DNA of 64,000 bases from Okamejei kenojei (taxonomy: Eukaryota), in the NCBI GenBank assembly GCA_035221665.1, contig CM069143.1, forward strand, positions 55,552,001 through 55,616,000, in the 5' to 3' direction. How positions within the stretch are numbered: the first letter of the stretch is position 1; every line of letters begins with the position of its first letter. Shown in pieces: positions 51,046-64,000 of the stretch. Below the pieces are notes generated by a model. That model did not search any database and was not told the DNA's origin. It saw only the letters and a list, made by a program, of their open reading frames with translations. Position numbers and translations under genes: made by a program.

Positions 51046-51504
51046 CAGTTAATGTGTTTGGGCCAGGCTTTCTGGGTCTCCTTTTCACACTTTTCCAGTT
51101 GGTCATTACTGTAATCTCTGGAACTGTATCCATGTATGTTGTCTTAGTTTTGCCATTAATTGTTGGGAAATTTATAGCAATTTTATTTACAAGTCATGCC
51201 CCCTGTTTTAATATCTTCATGTTTTTTCTCTCTATCCATCTGGTTTAATAATGAATTAACCCATTCTGATTTGCCTTCCATGCTTGGCTCTTGGGATGTT
51301 ATTTCTATTTCACAGGTTGCACCTTCTTAAAACAGTGAATGTTCAATTACGGCTTATATACTTATTTTTATATTGCAAAGTTATTGGATCATAATTAACA
51401 ATTTGTCAAACAAGGAAAAAACTGATGCAGTGAAAAACAAAGTAATTTCAAATTTGCTGCCTTTAAATCTAGAATGACAGGCAGTATTAAGCACATGTTA
51501 AGTG

Positions 51505-51610
51505 CCTGCCGATCTAACCTCCTTTACATCAGTGAGACCAAGCATAAGCTCGGTGACTTTATTGCTGAACTCTTGTGGTCTGTCTGCCAAGGCCTGCTGG
51601 ATATTCTAGC
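51505..51610 (+). mobile_element. Penelope GIY-YIG endonuclease remnant
   Basis: LLYISETKHKLGDFIAELLWSV resembles YIGETKR.L..RF.EH. Confidence 0.55.
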
Positions 51611-54600
51611 AATCTCCAGCAATTGTGTTTGGCTTTATTGTCATGTGTTCGGTCATTTGAATTAGAGATGACAGCGTTTGGTGTCTCAATAGGATATCAA
51701 AGAAGTTGGCCGATATTTATCCTTCAGTTAACATTTCTTAAATGTTAACTTTGCTTAGTTTGTTGAACCATAATTCGTCCTGTCACTACTACTGACTACA
51801 AAAGGATTTAAATGCTTTTAAATCCTTTTGGGTCTTGATTATCAGATATATGGGTACACAGGAAGGAAAGAACTTTTGGATCAATAAAATTCTTAATTGT
51901 GTTTTTTTTCTTGTCTTGCATTAAAAAAAAAACCAATTAATTGTAAACATAATTTAGCTAAACATAATTACAGCAACATTACAGAATAATTAACAAGTGC
52001 AGTGTTAAAGATGTAATTTGTGTTCAAACTTTCTTCAGGTTCAGTTAGTGAGAATTATGTTCATATTCTGCATTCCGATCACTCAACCCCATGTGTGCCA
52101 CACATTTGAAATGCACCTTACTATCTGAGATTGGTACCTTTTCCTCACAAAGCTACCATTATATGGAATATTGTTGTATACTGCCACAATATAAATCTCA
52201 ATTCTGACATCTCATGAATGAACCAGGGAATTAAACCCTAAATTTCATCCTGCAGTGTTACAAATTTATGATTTGTATGTTTTCACTATCCCACAATTAT
52301 CCATTATAGTTCTTGTAAAATCCTGTAATCCAATTAATTACAGTTGTGTTATAATATATGATAATCAAGAGTTTTGCTGTATCCTGAATTTTAAAAAAAA
52401 GTTTAAAATTAGAGAATTGCGTTATCGACAGCACCCTTTTTTCTTAAACTTAACTAGATGGATGTTCCAATATCAGTGATGCTGCCAGGCAAGTTTCTTC
52501 TCGTATTTTGGTTCAATATTTGTCAATCATATCAAAACAGATTAATTGCTTATTTATCAATTTTGTTGGTAGTTGCACCTTGGTGTGTCCTAAGTAACTA
52601 CGACCTTATCTAACATGCTAGCAATAATTGAAAATAGTAAGCTGGTAAATGCACTGTGCAATCCTGATGTAAGAAAGGCATTCTAGTAAATGCATTACTT
52701 TACTGTAGTGCTAATTGTGACATGATCCTTTACCTAGTTTTTTTAGAAAGCCAAGATAGAATAGATTTGTGTATGACAACAAATGTGAATTAGAGTTCAG
52801 AATTAAACAAAGCAGAATTATTAAAATACCATGCAATAAAACATGTAAGCTCATAATGTGTGGTATGTTGTATAAAACCCTGTAGATCATGTATTTCTAA
52901 CATTTGCTTCAGTTTGTTTATTGGAGTAGTTTTTCTTTTTAGTGCTGAGTTTCTATATGCGCATTTGGCAATTTTGTTAGAAAATTCTAAAGAATCTGGG
53001 ACGTGAAATATAAAGAGTAACTATTCCCCACAGAAACCACAGAAGGCATGATCTGTATATTGGGCCAAACCAGAAGATCTTGATTGAATCATAAATTAGA
53101 CGATTCTTGTGATCTTGAAAGGATGCGGGTCAATTTAGTGATAGAATTGTACTTGGCGCATTAATGTAGTTGTAAATTTTGGTGTTTTATCAGTGACAAT
53201 ATCTTTGACGACTTGCTAATATATGAAGAAGACAAAACCTGCTTTAATTCCCGTTTCTTCCATTTCATTTCTTCTGCTGCAATTTGTGTAATTGAGAGAA
53301 TTTCTAAGCAGCTAAATTGTAATTGAAAATTCTTATCAGCAGTAAAGGTATGGAATTTCTTGAGTAGGGTTGTCTGCACTTGTTATCTTTGTCTTTGTTC
53401 CCTGTTCCCCAACAAATCTCATTGCTCTGGATCTCAATGGCCAATCTCATTTCCATGGATCATTGCCGAACCAGATGTTGAGACCCTGAGTGGCAACAGA
53501 TGCTGGTGCTTTTAATGGGTGATGATGGATGAGTAAGATCAAATTCTGTCTATAAAATTCCAGTGTCGATGTGCAACTGCCAATAAAACCCTGCTCCAAC
53601 TTTGCTATTTGTCAAATGTGTGTGTATATAGTGTGTATATATATTTTTATATAGCGAGAGCTCAATGATACTTCACCTTCTAACATTTTACCAAAACAAT
53701 TGGTTGAACGGAGTTCCTGTTGTTAATATGAGAGAATCTTTATACTTTTTGCTACTCCACTGGATTTAATCGATAGTCCATTGATGGATTATAACAAGGA
53801 TATTGGTTGCCTAGCATTGCCGAAAAGGCTGAGACTTGTATGTACCTGTATATGAGCTAAAGGTTATTTGCACTTGAACTATCAGCAAAATTGATACCAA
53901 TGATATCCATTTGGGACATTAATGGAAACTCACCATCAACATAAAATGTTATTGGTGCAAAAATGCAGAGGATGTATTTACATATGCGGTTTTATAGGGC
54001 TTTGCAACTACTTCATGGAATTTTCCATAGTTGATTAAAGCACATGACCACCTGAAATTGTATTAGGCACTTGAGTAGCAAGATAAAAATGATGGCACTT
54101 AAAAGGAAGTGGCAGCCATCCTAATTCTCCAAATACATATTATAAGGAAAATGTACCAACTCCATAGAATGATGCCCTGTATTCATACCAAAAAGCAGTA
54201 CAAGCAAGTAGACCTGTTAACATGCTTGTGAATAGCCTTGGGTACTTAGATGCAATTCCTTTATTGGGAAACATTACTGCTTATGCTGTGATATATAGCC
54301 ATACTAGCTGATGTAATTGGAACAAGTAACTAATGCAGCAGAGGCTTTGGATCCTCTCTAAAGTTAGCCGTAACATTCCCAATCAAAGGGAGGTTTTTCC
54401 CAATTGGATTTCAAATTGCTCAATGTTAGCTATTAATTTGGCAGTTCCCAATATGTGCCTTGCATTGAATCTAAGTATGCAGTTGAAATTCAAGATGTGG
54501 TCGAAAAGTTACAAGAGAGCATACTAAGGGATAAGATATACATGTATTTAGATGTACAAAGGCTGATTAGGGATAGTTTTTGATGTGACCAAAAACGTTG

Positions 54601-54834
54601 AGGACAGACTAGACATATGTATAGATCTAGATGGTTTTTCTGCTAATGTTCAGATGAACAGAATTGGGAATGACTTTGGAGTACATATTCTGTTGATCAC
54701 TGAGTATTTGTTGTCATTCACTCCTAGACTGGTCCTTCAAACTACATGGCCAGGACTCATTATTTTCACTGGACAATCATTATTTCATGGAGACACAGGG
54801 AACTGCACATTGATACAGTGTGTATAAGACAGAT

Positions 54835-55555
54835 TGATACAGTGTGGAAACAGGCCCTTCAGCCCAATTCGCCCACACCGGCCAACAATGTCCCTGCTAC
54901 CCTAGTCCCACTTGCCTGCGCTTGATCCATAACCCTCCAAACCTGTCCGATCCATGTACTTGTCCAACTGTTTCTTAAACGATGGGATAGTCCCAGCCTC
55001 AACTACCACCTCTGGCAGCTTGTTTCATACACCCACCACCCTCTGTGTGGAAAAAGTTACCTCTCGGATTCCTATTAAATCTTTTCCCCTTCACCTTGAA
55101 CCTATGTCCTCTGGTCCTCGATTCCCCGACTCTGGGTAAAAGACTCTGGGTCTATTACTCTCATGATTTTGTTTACCTCGATAAGATCTCCCCTCATCCT
55201 CCTACAATCCATGGAATAGAGCTCCAGCCTACTCAACCCCTCGCTATAGCTCACACCCTCTAGTCCTGGCAACATCCTCGTAAATCTTTTCTGAACCCTT
55301 TCAAGCGTGACAATATCTTTCCTATAACATGATGCCCAGAACTGAACATAATATTCTAAATGCGATCCCACCAATGTTTTATACACCTGCAACATGATCT
55401 CCCAACTCCTATACTCAATGCTCTGACTGATGAAGGCCAAAGTGCCAAAAGCCTTTATGACCACCTTATCTGCCTGTGACTCAACCTTCATGGAGCCATG
55501 CACTTGTACTCTTAGATCCTTCTGCTCTCCAACACTACCAAGAGGCCTACCATGA
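54835..55555 (-). mobile_element. CR1 LINE 3' fragment
   Basis: ORF 55102..55503 (HLEYYVQFWAS...LERVQKRFTRMLPGL) plus the 3' tail. Confidence 0.9.
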
Positions 55556-56074
55556 GTAGGTCATACCCTGGTTCGAATTTCGAGCAGAACACCAAGTGCT
55601 GGAGTAACTACGCATCATATGGCATCTGTGGAGGGAATGGATAGGGAATGTTTTGTGTCCGATTCTTTCTAAAGACTTCCTTCAGTCTGAAAAACGGTCC
55701 TGGCCCAAAATGTTGCCTGTCCATTTCTTCCACCTATTATGTTTGACCTACTTTGTTATGATCCTTTATTTACGTGTTTCACTGCCCTCATTTGAACTTT
55801 TCAAATACTGATTCTTCTGACCGGGTTTGCTTGAAAAGTTAGTTCCAGAAGATTGAACCCTCTGAAATTATTTCGTCCAGGGCCAGCAACAATTAATTGC
55901 TGATTTGTGGTTTATTAAAGATTATTACTAGTGTTCTACCAAACTGCATGTACACTATTCATTTCAACACTACTTGATTGATATATTCCACATTCTCACT
56001 CCTTGTTTGGTATCAATGATTATTAAGAATACCTTTGGATTATTAGTCTTATTATATTTAGGGGTTCTACATAT

Positions 56075-57710
56075 TTGCAGGGGTCTGTTGTGGGATCTCT
56101 GCTGTTTGTAATGTACGTAAATGAACTTGGATGTAAAAGTCAACAGGTTGGGGTTAGTAAGTTTGCAATTGAAACCAAGATTGCTGGGGTCAATAATTGT
56201 GAAAAAGGCTGTCAAGATATACGGGATATAGATCAGTTACAGAAATGGGCGGAAAAATGGCAGATGGAGTTTAATCCGAGCAAGTATGAGGTCAAATATT
56301 GCACTTTGAGAGGTTGAATATTAGGAGAAAATATACAATTAATGGTGTGACCCATGACAACATTGATGTACTTGGGGTCCAAGTCCATATTCCCTGAAAG
56401 TGGCAACACAGGTATCTTGCTGTCCTAAGTCGGGGTATTGATTAAAAGACTCAAAGACATAATGCAGATTTATAGGTCTTTATTTAGGCCGCATTTGGAG
56501 TATAGTGTGCAGTTATAACCCATTTACAGGAATGATGTGGGGGCTTTGGAAAGGGTGCAGAGGACATTTACCAGAATGATAATTACCAGAATGTTCTTCA
56601 GACACCCTTACGCTGCCGACTCACTGCCTCCCTGAGACTACCGATGTTGCTGCCGCTGACTTTCACCGTCTCACTGGGGCCTCTGCCACCGACTCTCACT
56701 GCCTTCCCGGGGTCATCCACGCTGCTGCCGCTGACTCTCACTAACCACCCTGTTCAGCCTGTCCACTGAACATGAAAGAGCTAATATTCAAATTTAAAAG
56801 TCAAATCTAAAATGGAGTCGTTCTTCTACAAAAGCATGGACTAGTAGAACAAAAGAATGGCTCGGTGCCACGTCTGAATGACATTGTAAATTATATGGAA
56901 CACAATATGGAGGACGGATTGTCTTTTCAATAAAGACATCAAGTTGGCAGCCTGCAGTTATAACATGTGCTTCTTTTCAAGGCCATAAAAAAGCCAAGAT
57001 TGGAAAAAAAATAGCTGATGCCCCAGAGATAAGTAATAACTTGTTATTGGATGAGCTTAATTTGGACCCAGCTTTCTTATATTTTGAAAGGCTAGAGAAT
57101 CTTTCAGTCATGCCATATTCAGACATGGTGGGAGTGTTTTACTGATAAGAAAAATGTATAATTGTGCTAACTGTCCTTTGTTCTGAGAGTGGAGCCTGAG
57201 AAGCACTGAGCAACATTTGTTCTCATTATAGATCTCTTGCCACTCCCGTCTGACGAATCAATTAAAAATTGCCATGGTTTTACCTTTAACAGTTTTTGTT
57301 GCTATCTGCTTTTAAGAAATGAACTTGGACATGCCGCTGACTCTCGCTGACCACCTTGTTCACCCTGTCCACTGACCAGGGCCACCAACATTGTTTCCTG
57401 ATAGATATATAGAATTAAGAGGCATTGGTAGAGCAGGCTGACAGAACCTTTTTCCCAGGATGGAAACATTTAAGTATTAGCATTGCTTTAAGGTGAGAGA
57501 CCATGTTCAAAGCAGACATGCTGGGAAAGGATGATAAGTGCCTGGAACGCACTGCTGGCGTTGAGACAGATAGAATAGTGGCATTTTAGAGACTTGATTT
57601 ACTTGTACTGCAGGGATTGGAAGTTCATGGATTATGTGCAGGTTTATAAAAGATGGCCTTGGCATCATGTTCGGCACAGTCGTGGGCTAAAGGGCGTGTT
57701 CTCGTGCTTA
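56075..57710 (+). mobile_element. Degenerate CR1 LINE interrupted by a ~0.8-kb insert (~56595-57395)
   Basis: QGSVVGSLLF...WAEKWQMEFNPSK up to ~56590. CR1 3' sequence resumes at ~57400. Confidence 0.7.
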
Positions 57711-57977
57711 AAACAAAGTTCTTAAGTAAAATAAAAGTACTGGAATGAGAAACAGCCAACATTTCAAGTTGAGGATCCTTTGTTAGGACCTAGAGTCTGC
57801 TGTCTTATTATAGTATAATGGCATACTATTTGCTGCATTCAACACTGGTGCATTTTTACTTCCATTGACTAATCCATATATGCCCAGGTCCCATTGAACT
57901 CCCTTTCCTAATATATTGCTGTTCATATAATCGTTCTTCCTGTTATTGCCACTAAAGTGGATCAAGTTCCTTCTATC

Positions 57978-59687
57978 TGATGGGGGATATGTTGAACAAT
58001 TTCTTTTCTTCGGTATTCACCAAGGAGAAGGATATTAAACTCTATGAGGTAAGGGAAAAAAGTAGAGTAGCTATGGAAACTATGAGATTCAAAGAGGAGG
58101 ACGTACTGACACTTTTTAAAAATATAAAAGTGGATAAGTCTCCAGGTCCTGACAGGATATTCTCAAGGACATTGAGGGATGTTAGTGTAGAAATAGCAGG
58201 AGCTATGACAGAAATATTTCAAATGTCATTAGAAACGGGAATAGTGCCGGAGGATTGGCGTACTGCGCATGTTGTTCCATTGTTTAAAAAGGGTTCAAAG
58301 AATAAACCTAGCAATTATAGATCTGTTAGTTTGACGTCAGTGGTGGGCAAATTAATGGAAAGGATACGTAGAGAATATATATAAGCATCTGGATAAACAG
58401 GGTCTGATCAGGAACAGTCAACATGGATTTGTGCCTGGAAGGTCATGTTTGACAAACCACCATGAATTTTTTGAAGCGGTTACAAGGGAAATTGATGAGG
58501 GTAAAGCAGTGGATGTTGACTATATGGATTTCAGTAAGGCCTTTGACAAGGTTCCCCATGGAAGGTTGGTTAAGAAGGTTTAATCTTTGGGTGTTAATGG
58601 CGGAGTAACAAGATGGATTCAACAGTGGCTGAATGGGAGATGTCAGAGAGTAATGGTGGATGGCTGTTTGTCAGGTTGGAAGCCGGTGACCAGTGGGGTG
58701 CCTCAGGGATCTGTGTTGGGTCCACTGTTGTTTGTCATGTACATCAATGATCTGGATGATGGGGTGAAAAATTGGATACGTAAGTATGCAGATGATACTA
58801 AGATAGGCGGTGTCGTGGATAATGAAGTAGATTTTCAAAGTCTACAGAGACATTTGGAAAAGTGGGCTGAAAGATGGCAGATGGAGTTTAATGCTGATAA
58901 GTGTGGTGCTACATCTTGGCAGGACAAATCAAAATAGGACGTACATGGTAAATGGTAGGGAATTGAGGAATGCTGTGGGACAGAGAGATCTAGGAATAAC
59001 TGCATAGTTCCCTGAAGGTGGAATCGCATGTAGATAGGGTGGTAAAGAAAGCCTTTGGTGTGCTGGCCTTTATAAATCAGAGCATTGAATATAGGAGTAG
59101 GGAAGTAATGTTAAAATTGTACAAGGCATTGGTAAGACCAATTCTGGAGTATGGTGTACAATTTTGGTCGCCTAATTATAGGAAGGATGTCAACAAAATA
59201 GAGAGAGTACAGAGGAGATTTACTAGAATGTTGCCTGGGTTCCAGCAACTATGTTACAGAGAAAGGTTGAACAAGTTAGGTCTTTATTCTTTGGAGCGCA
59301 GAAGGTTAAGGGGGACTTGATTGAGGTCTTTAAAATGATGAAAGGGATAGACAGAGTTGAAGTGGATAAGCTTTTCCCATTGAGGGTAGGGCAGATTCAA
59401 ACAAGAGGGCATGACATGAGAATTAAGGGACAGAAGTTTAGGGGTAACGTGAGGGGGAACTTCTTTACTCAGAGGGTGGTGGCTGTGTGGAATGAGCTTC
59501 CAGCAGAAGTGGTGGAGGCAGGATTGATTTTAACATTTAAAAGTAAAGTGAATAGGTATATGGACGGGAAGGGAATGGAGGGGTATGGTCTGAGTGCAGG
59601 TAGATGGGACTAGGGGAAAACAAATGGTAGGCACGGACTGGACGGGCCGAGAGGGCCTGTTTCCGTGCTGTAATTGTTATATGGTTA
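57978..59687 (+). mobile_element. CR1 LINE, 5'-truncated, RT domain with frameshifts
   Basis: KSPGPD, PEDWRTAHVVPLFKKG, NYRSVSLTS, GVPQGSVLGPLLF, KYADDTK and WNELPAEVVEAG. Nested in an older minus-strand CR1 (~57800-57977 and ~59690-60250). Confidence 0.95.
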
Positions 59688-59794
59688 GCTGCATTATACT
59701 GCATCTGTCTTGTATTTGCCAAGACCCTCAACCTGTCTAAACCACATTGTAGTTTTTCTGTGTTCTCACAGCTTCTACTCATTGCCTCGCATAC

Positions 59795-59827
<33 letters not shown>

Positions 59828-60444
59828 ACCCCCACCATCTTCCCCTTGGTGTTATCAATATTAATTAATTACCTCATCGTTGCCTCATCTAAATCATTAA
59901 TATGTTCTGAATAGCTGAAGTTCCAGCACTTATTCCTGTGGTATAGCATCAGTTGCATCACTGACTGATAGGAAGACCTGGTTATTCCTTCTCTTAATTT
60001 GCTGATGACTAACCAGTTTTATTACCTTCTATGCAATGCCATGTGCTTTAATTTTGCATGTTAATCTTGTAATGTAACCTTAACAAAGGTCTTCTGGAAA
60101 TACATGCTATCTGCTGGTTTTCCTAATCTCTGCTGATTACATCCTCAAAAATTACCAGTAGGACGGTCATGCATGATTTCCCTTTTGTAAATCCATATTG
60201 ACTTTGCCTAATTCTGTCACTCTTCAAGTGTTCTGCTATCACATCTTTGATATTGTGCTCCAGCATTTACAACACTATAGATGCAATATATACACTATAG
60301 TTCCAGTGGAACTGTTCTGGAGTTTGGTAAATAACTACCAAATACCTCTGCTATTTCAAAAGCATCTTCCTGAAGTGCTGCAATAGCATGCTGCTTATGG
60401 TCGAGATGGTTTCCCCCGGTCACCTAAAGTATACAATGTGCTCT

Positions 60445-60998
60445 CGAAGGGACAGGGCCTGCTGTACGTTTTGAGAAGGGTCCACTCTTTCAACGTCTGC
60501 AATACGATGCTGCAGTTCTACCAATCGGTGATAGCCAGTGCCTTCCTCCTTCACTGCCGTGTGCTAGGGTAGCAGGGCGAAGGCTGTGGACGCCATCAGG
60601 ATCACCAGACTCATCAGGAAGGCTCTGTCTTGTGGGCGGAATTGGATTCATGGGTGGTGGTCTTGGAGGGGATGACCCACTATTCAACCTGAGGAGTACC
60701 TTTAGCAACAGACTGGTTCCACCAAGATGCAGGACATAACGTCACAGGAGATCCTTGTGGCTATCAAACTCTTTACAACTCCCCCCCCCCCCCCCCCCCC
60801 CCCCCCTTCTGTCATGAGGAGGACTGAGACTGACTCCCCTTCTCTCCCCCCCCCCCCCCCCCCCCCCCCCCCCACCACCACCAATCTTTGCACATCCCTC
60901 AAGCCTTTCCACTTGACGCTTTAATATAATGTATTTTGTGTTTTTATGACTAGGCAGATCAATTTCCCTCCTGGGATGAATAAAGTTTCATTGTATCG
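60445..60998 (+). mobile_element. Rex1/Babar-like LINE 3' fragment
   Basis: Reading MLQFYQSVIASAF...AVC*GS...RLIRKA, then AATAAAG and a short tail. Confidence 0.6.
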
Positions 60999-61441
60999 AA
61001 GTAAGTCAATACATCACGCTTGGTTCCTGCTGCTTTAATGTCTCTTGTTCCTTGATACCTCTCAAGATGTGTGTACCTCGCTGAATCTGCGTAGCGGTAC
61101 ACATCTTGTGTGCTATTGCTTACTGGAGATATGCGAGTACCTGTGTTGACCAACAACCAGCAGTCTCTTTGGTGTGGGAGTATCAGAACTGGTATTTGAT
61201 CCGTGTAAGTCTAATGACCAGATTCCTTACAATGAGTGACTTTTGAGGAATCTTCAACATTATCCTGCTGCACCTGTTGTATAAAGGCATGAACTAAAAC
61301 AATCAAGGTAAGGATTCAGATTTTCATTATACTCTGATAATTTTAATGATTTTGGTGACCTTGCAGCTACATAACCACTGTTGCGTGCAGAATAGGTAGA
61401 TGGTACTGAATTTTGTGGCCAGGTAGCCATGTACTCAGCCA

Positions 61442-61997
61442 TGTACAGGGTCTTGGTGAGGCCACACCTGGAGTATTGCGTACAGTTTTGGTCTCCTAAT
61501 CTGAGGAAAGACATTCTTGCCATAGAGGGAGTACAGAGAAGGTTCACCTGACTGATTCCTGGGATAGCACGACTTCCATATGAAGAAAGACTGGATAGAC
61601 TCAGCTTGTACTCGCTGGAATTTAGAAGATTGAGGGGTGATCTCATAGAGATTTACAAAATTCTTAAGGGGTTGGACAGGCTAGATGCAGGAAGATTGTT
61701 CCCGATGTTGGGGAAGTCCAGGACAAGGAGTCACAGTTTAAGGATAAGGGAGAAGTCTTTTAGGACCGAGATGAGAAAATCGTTTGGTGAATCTGTGGAA
61801 TTCTCTGCCATAGAAGGTAATTGAGGCTAGTTCGTTGGCCAGATTTAAGAGGGAGTTGGATGTGGCCCTTGTGGCTGAAGGGATCAGGGGGTATGGCGAG
61901 ATGGCAGGTACAGGATACTGAGTTGGGTGATCAGCCATGATCATATTGAATGGCGGTGCAGGCTCGAAGGGCCGAATGGCCTGCTCCTGCCCCTAAT
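61442..61997 (+). mobile_element. CR1 LINE 3' fragment
   Basis: [15 protein letters not shown]...YSLEFRRLRGDLIEIYKIL and tail 'gggccgaatggcctgctcctgc'. Confidence 0.9.
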
Positions 61998-62634
61998 TAA
62001 GTTTCTAAAAGCTCAACAGGTGTCTACAGGTCTTTGCCTCTGCATGCTGATCTCTGCTCTAATTTGTGGATGATGAATTCATTACATAATGATTCTATGT
62101 GGGGAGAGAGATGCGAATGTTCAAAAGGAAATTGATAGAAAGGGGTGGTTGTATCTGTGAGGTGAATTTCTGTGCTCAGTGATGTGCTAGATCAGGCCTA
62201 AGAGGGCAGAGTGAGCAGAAAATTGGAGGATCCCTCCAGCCATTGCTACCTGCTCAACTCATTGATTTACATTTAGCATAGCTTCCAGGAGCATGGCACC
62301 ATTATTTTGATGCCTCCTGCTCTGCCAATAACTAGCTTTCTTTTTGCAAGCATCTTCCCTGTGCAGGTCAGGAGAGGACATCCCATAGCCTCACTTCCCT
62401 CTGCTCTGCTCCCAAGAAAACATTGCTAATAGTGGTGAGACCAAATGAGTAAATATGGCAGCCAAGTAGTTGGGATTTTCTGTGCTGAATGTCTTCCTAA
62501 TAGTAAGGTTGTGGAATGTGCCCGTCAGACCAGGCTATAGAAATAGGAAAATAAAAATTGAGCCATAATTGAGACAAGCTGGTCTAATACTGACACAATT
62601 GTGACAAGCTAGTCTAATACAGACAAAAGAGTGA

Positions 62635-63450
62635 GTCACCTAAAGTTGGAGAATTCAATATTGATTTCTGTAGGGTACAACATGCCCAGACAGAAGGATG
62701 TTCCTAGGGCTTGTATGCGGCCTCACTTTATGTTGCAGGAAGTCCCAGACAGAAAGATCAGAGTAATAGCGAAATGGTGAATTAAAGTGGAGGGCAACTA
62801 GAAACACGAGCCCTCCACAGACTGAATACAGATGTCTAGCAAAACATTCACCTATCTATAATTTTCTACTGAAGATGAGACGACATTTTGAACGCTGAAT
62901 GCTAAACACTAGCTTAGAAGTTTTGCTGCTGAATCACTGCTTCACCTGGAAAGACCTATTAGATTGCTAGATATTGGGAAAGGGTGAAAGGACCATTGTT
63001 GCATTTCTTGTGGTTGCATGGGAAGGTGCCATAAGATGGGGAGAGGTGGGTGGGTTAGAAGAGTGGACAATGGAGTCATGAAGGGAGCAATCCCTTCAAA
63101 ATGGAGGGAGTGGATTGTGTGTCCGGTGGTGCAATTTTCTTGGAGTTTTGGTGGAAGTTGTGAAGCATGAACATGAATATGGACTCTGCAGGAGAAGGTA
63201 AGGACTGAGGGAACTCTGTTTTCACTCTGTCCAGACAGAGAGTGAGATCAGAGGTATGTGAAATAGATGAGATACAATCAAGAGTTTGCCCACTTTGGTT
63301 GCGGAGAAGCACGTGCAGAATGCCTTATTGGAGTTGGCGCAATGGAGTCGGGAAGAAATAGGAGAATCGAATGGATTCCTTACAAGAGACAGGTTGGGAG
63401 GAAGTACAATCATGTTATCTGTGGGTCAGCGGGCTTAAATTAAATGCTTG
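62635..63450 (-). mobile_element. Degenerate Penelope-like element (RT C-terminus / GIY-YIG region)
   Basis: The left end resembles the 11200-11240 segment. Decayed 'cattcagcgttcaaaatgtcgtc' and 'tttccaggtgaagcagtgattc' on the minus strand resemble PLE endonuclease DNA as I recall it. No intact ORF. Confidence 0.5.
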
Positions 63451-64000
63451 TGGCTAGCTAGTAGAATGAGGTTTCACTTGCCCCTTTTATCTGGTAATAC
63501 TCATAGATCCTGTATATCTTCCATATGAATTATTGGCAAGATGTTGAGCGATGTTTCTCAGATCTAAAAACTGTCGCTGGGACACTAAATGGCAAGAACT
63601 CAAATTCTCCAATGGCAAGGAAATAAATTAGCTATGATCCCCAAGGTGGGAAGAAGGTTGAGAGCTGAGACTGTCTGGGGTGGTCTGATAGTGATGAAGT
63701 GATGACTTGGGCTTTTGCAGGCTGATAGTAGCGAGAGTGCAATAGGTAAACTTGATTGCAGCAGAAGGCCACGATTTGTAGGTCCTGGATTAAACTAAAT
63801 TTGATTTTTTTTTTAAACTTCCAAGGACAAATGATTTTCCTTACTGCAAACCCAGACTAAAGATGGATGTGCCAAGCCTCAAGAATAAATAAAAACAAGT
63901 ACAATCGACTTGAAAAGGGGGAACGGCCTCTTTCTGTATTGTTATTGCTATATGATAAATAATATCTGATGTAAAGAACAGCCATGATTGAAGTACAAGA

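Noticed and set aside
59795-60873. Long poly-C runs (also ~49585-49606) giving poly-Pro/Gly ORFs
   Set aside because: Homopolymers inside repeats with unreliable length. The ORFs are not coding.
62567-62624. 30-bp tandem duplication
   Set aside because: Only two units and no spacers, so a simple slippage product and not CRISPR-like.
48400-64000. A second host gene in the distal part of the window
   Set aside because: All recognisable ORFs are transposon fragments and I found no credible exon chain. Small exons of a neighbouring gene cannot be excluded by eye.

Overview
Eukaryotic (vertebrate) genomic DNA. The repeat content (CR1 LINEs, Penelope-like 3' repeats, V-SINE/HE1-like SINEs, Tc1, hAT) suggests a cartilaginous fish, probably a skate or ray; this is an inference. 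The window holds one complete + strand protein-coding gene, NONO (p54nrb, DBHS family). It has a CpG-island promoter (~2740-3000), a probable non-coding first exon, and nine coding exons with GT-AG boundaries that join in frame to a 499-aa protein (ATG 3268 to TAA 34312). The rest is intron, 3' flank and transposon debris. No prokaryotic-type system (CRISPR, operon) is present. The most interesting signals concern NONO 3'-end RNA processing: (1) a frame-preserving 39-nt cassette exon; (2) a cluster of alternative acceptors with stops and a poly(A) signal in the last intron; (3) a distal exon ~13 kb past the normal stop that would encode VEMVMVGE*, resembling the VRMIDVG* short-isoform exon of the paralog SFPQ. 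Also notable are a hAT element that captured a copy of nearby intron DNA and Penelope-derived hammerhead-ribozyme-like motifs. All alternative-splicing calls are predictions from sequence and need RNA data.
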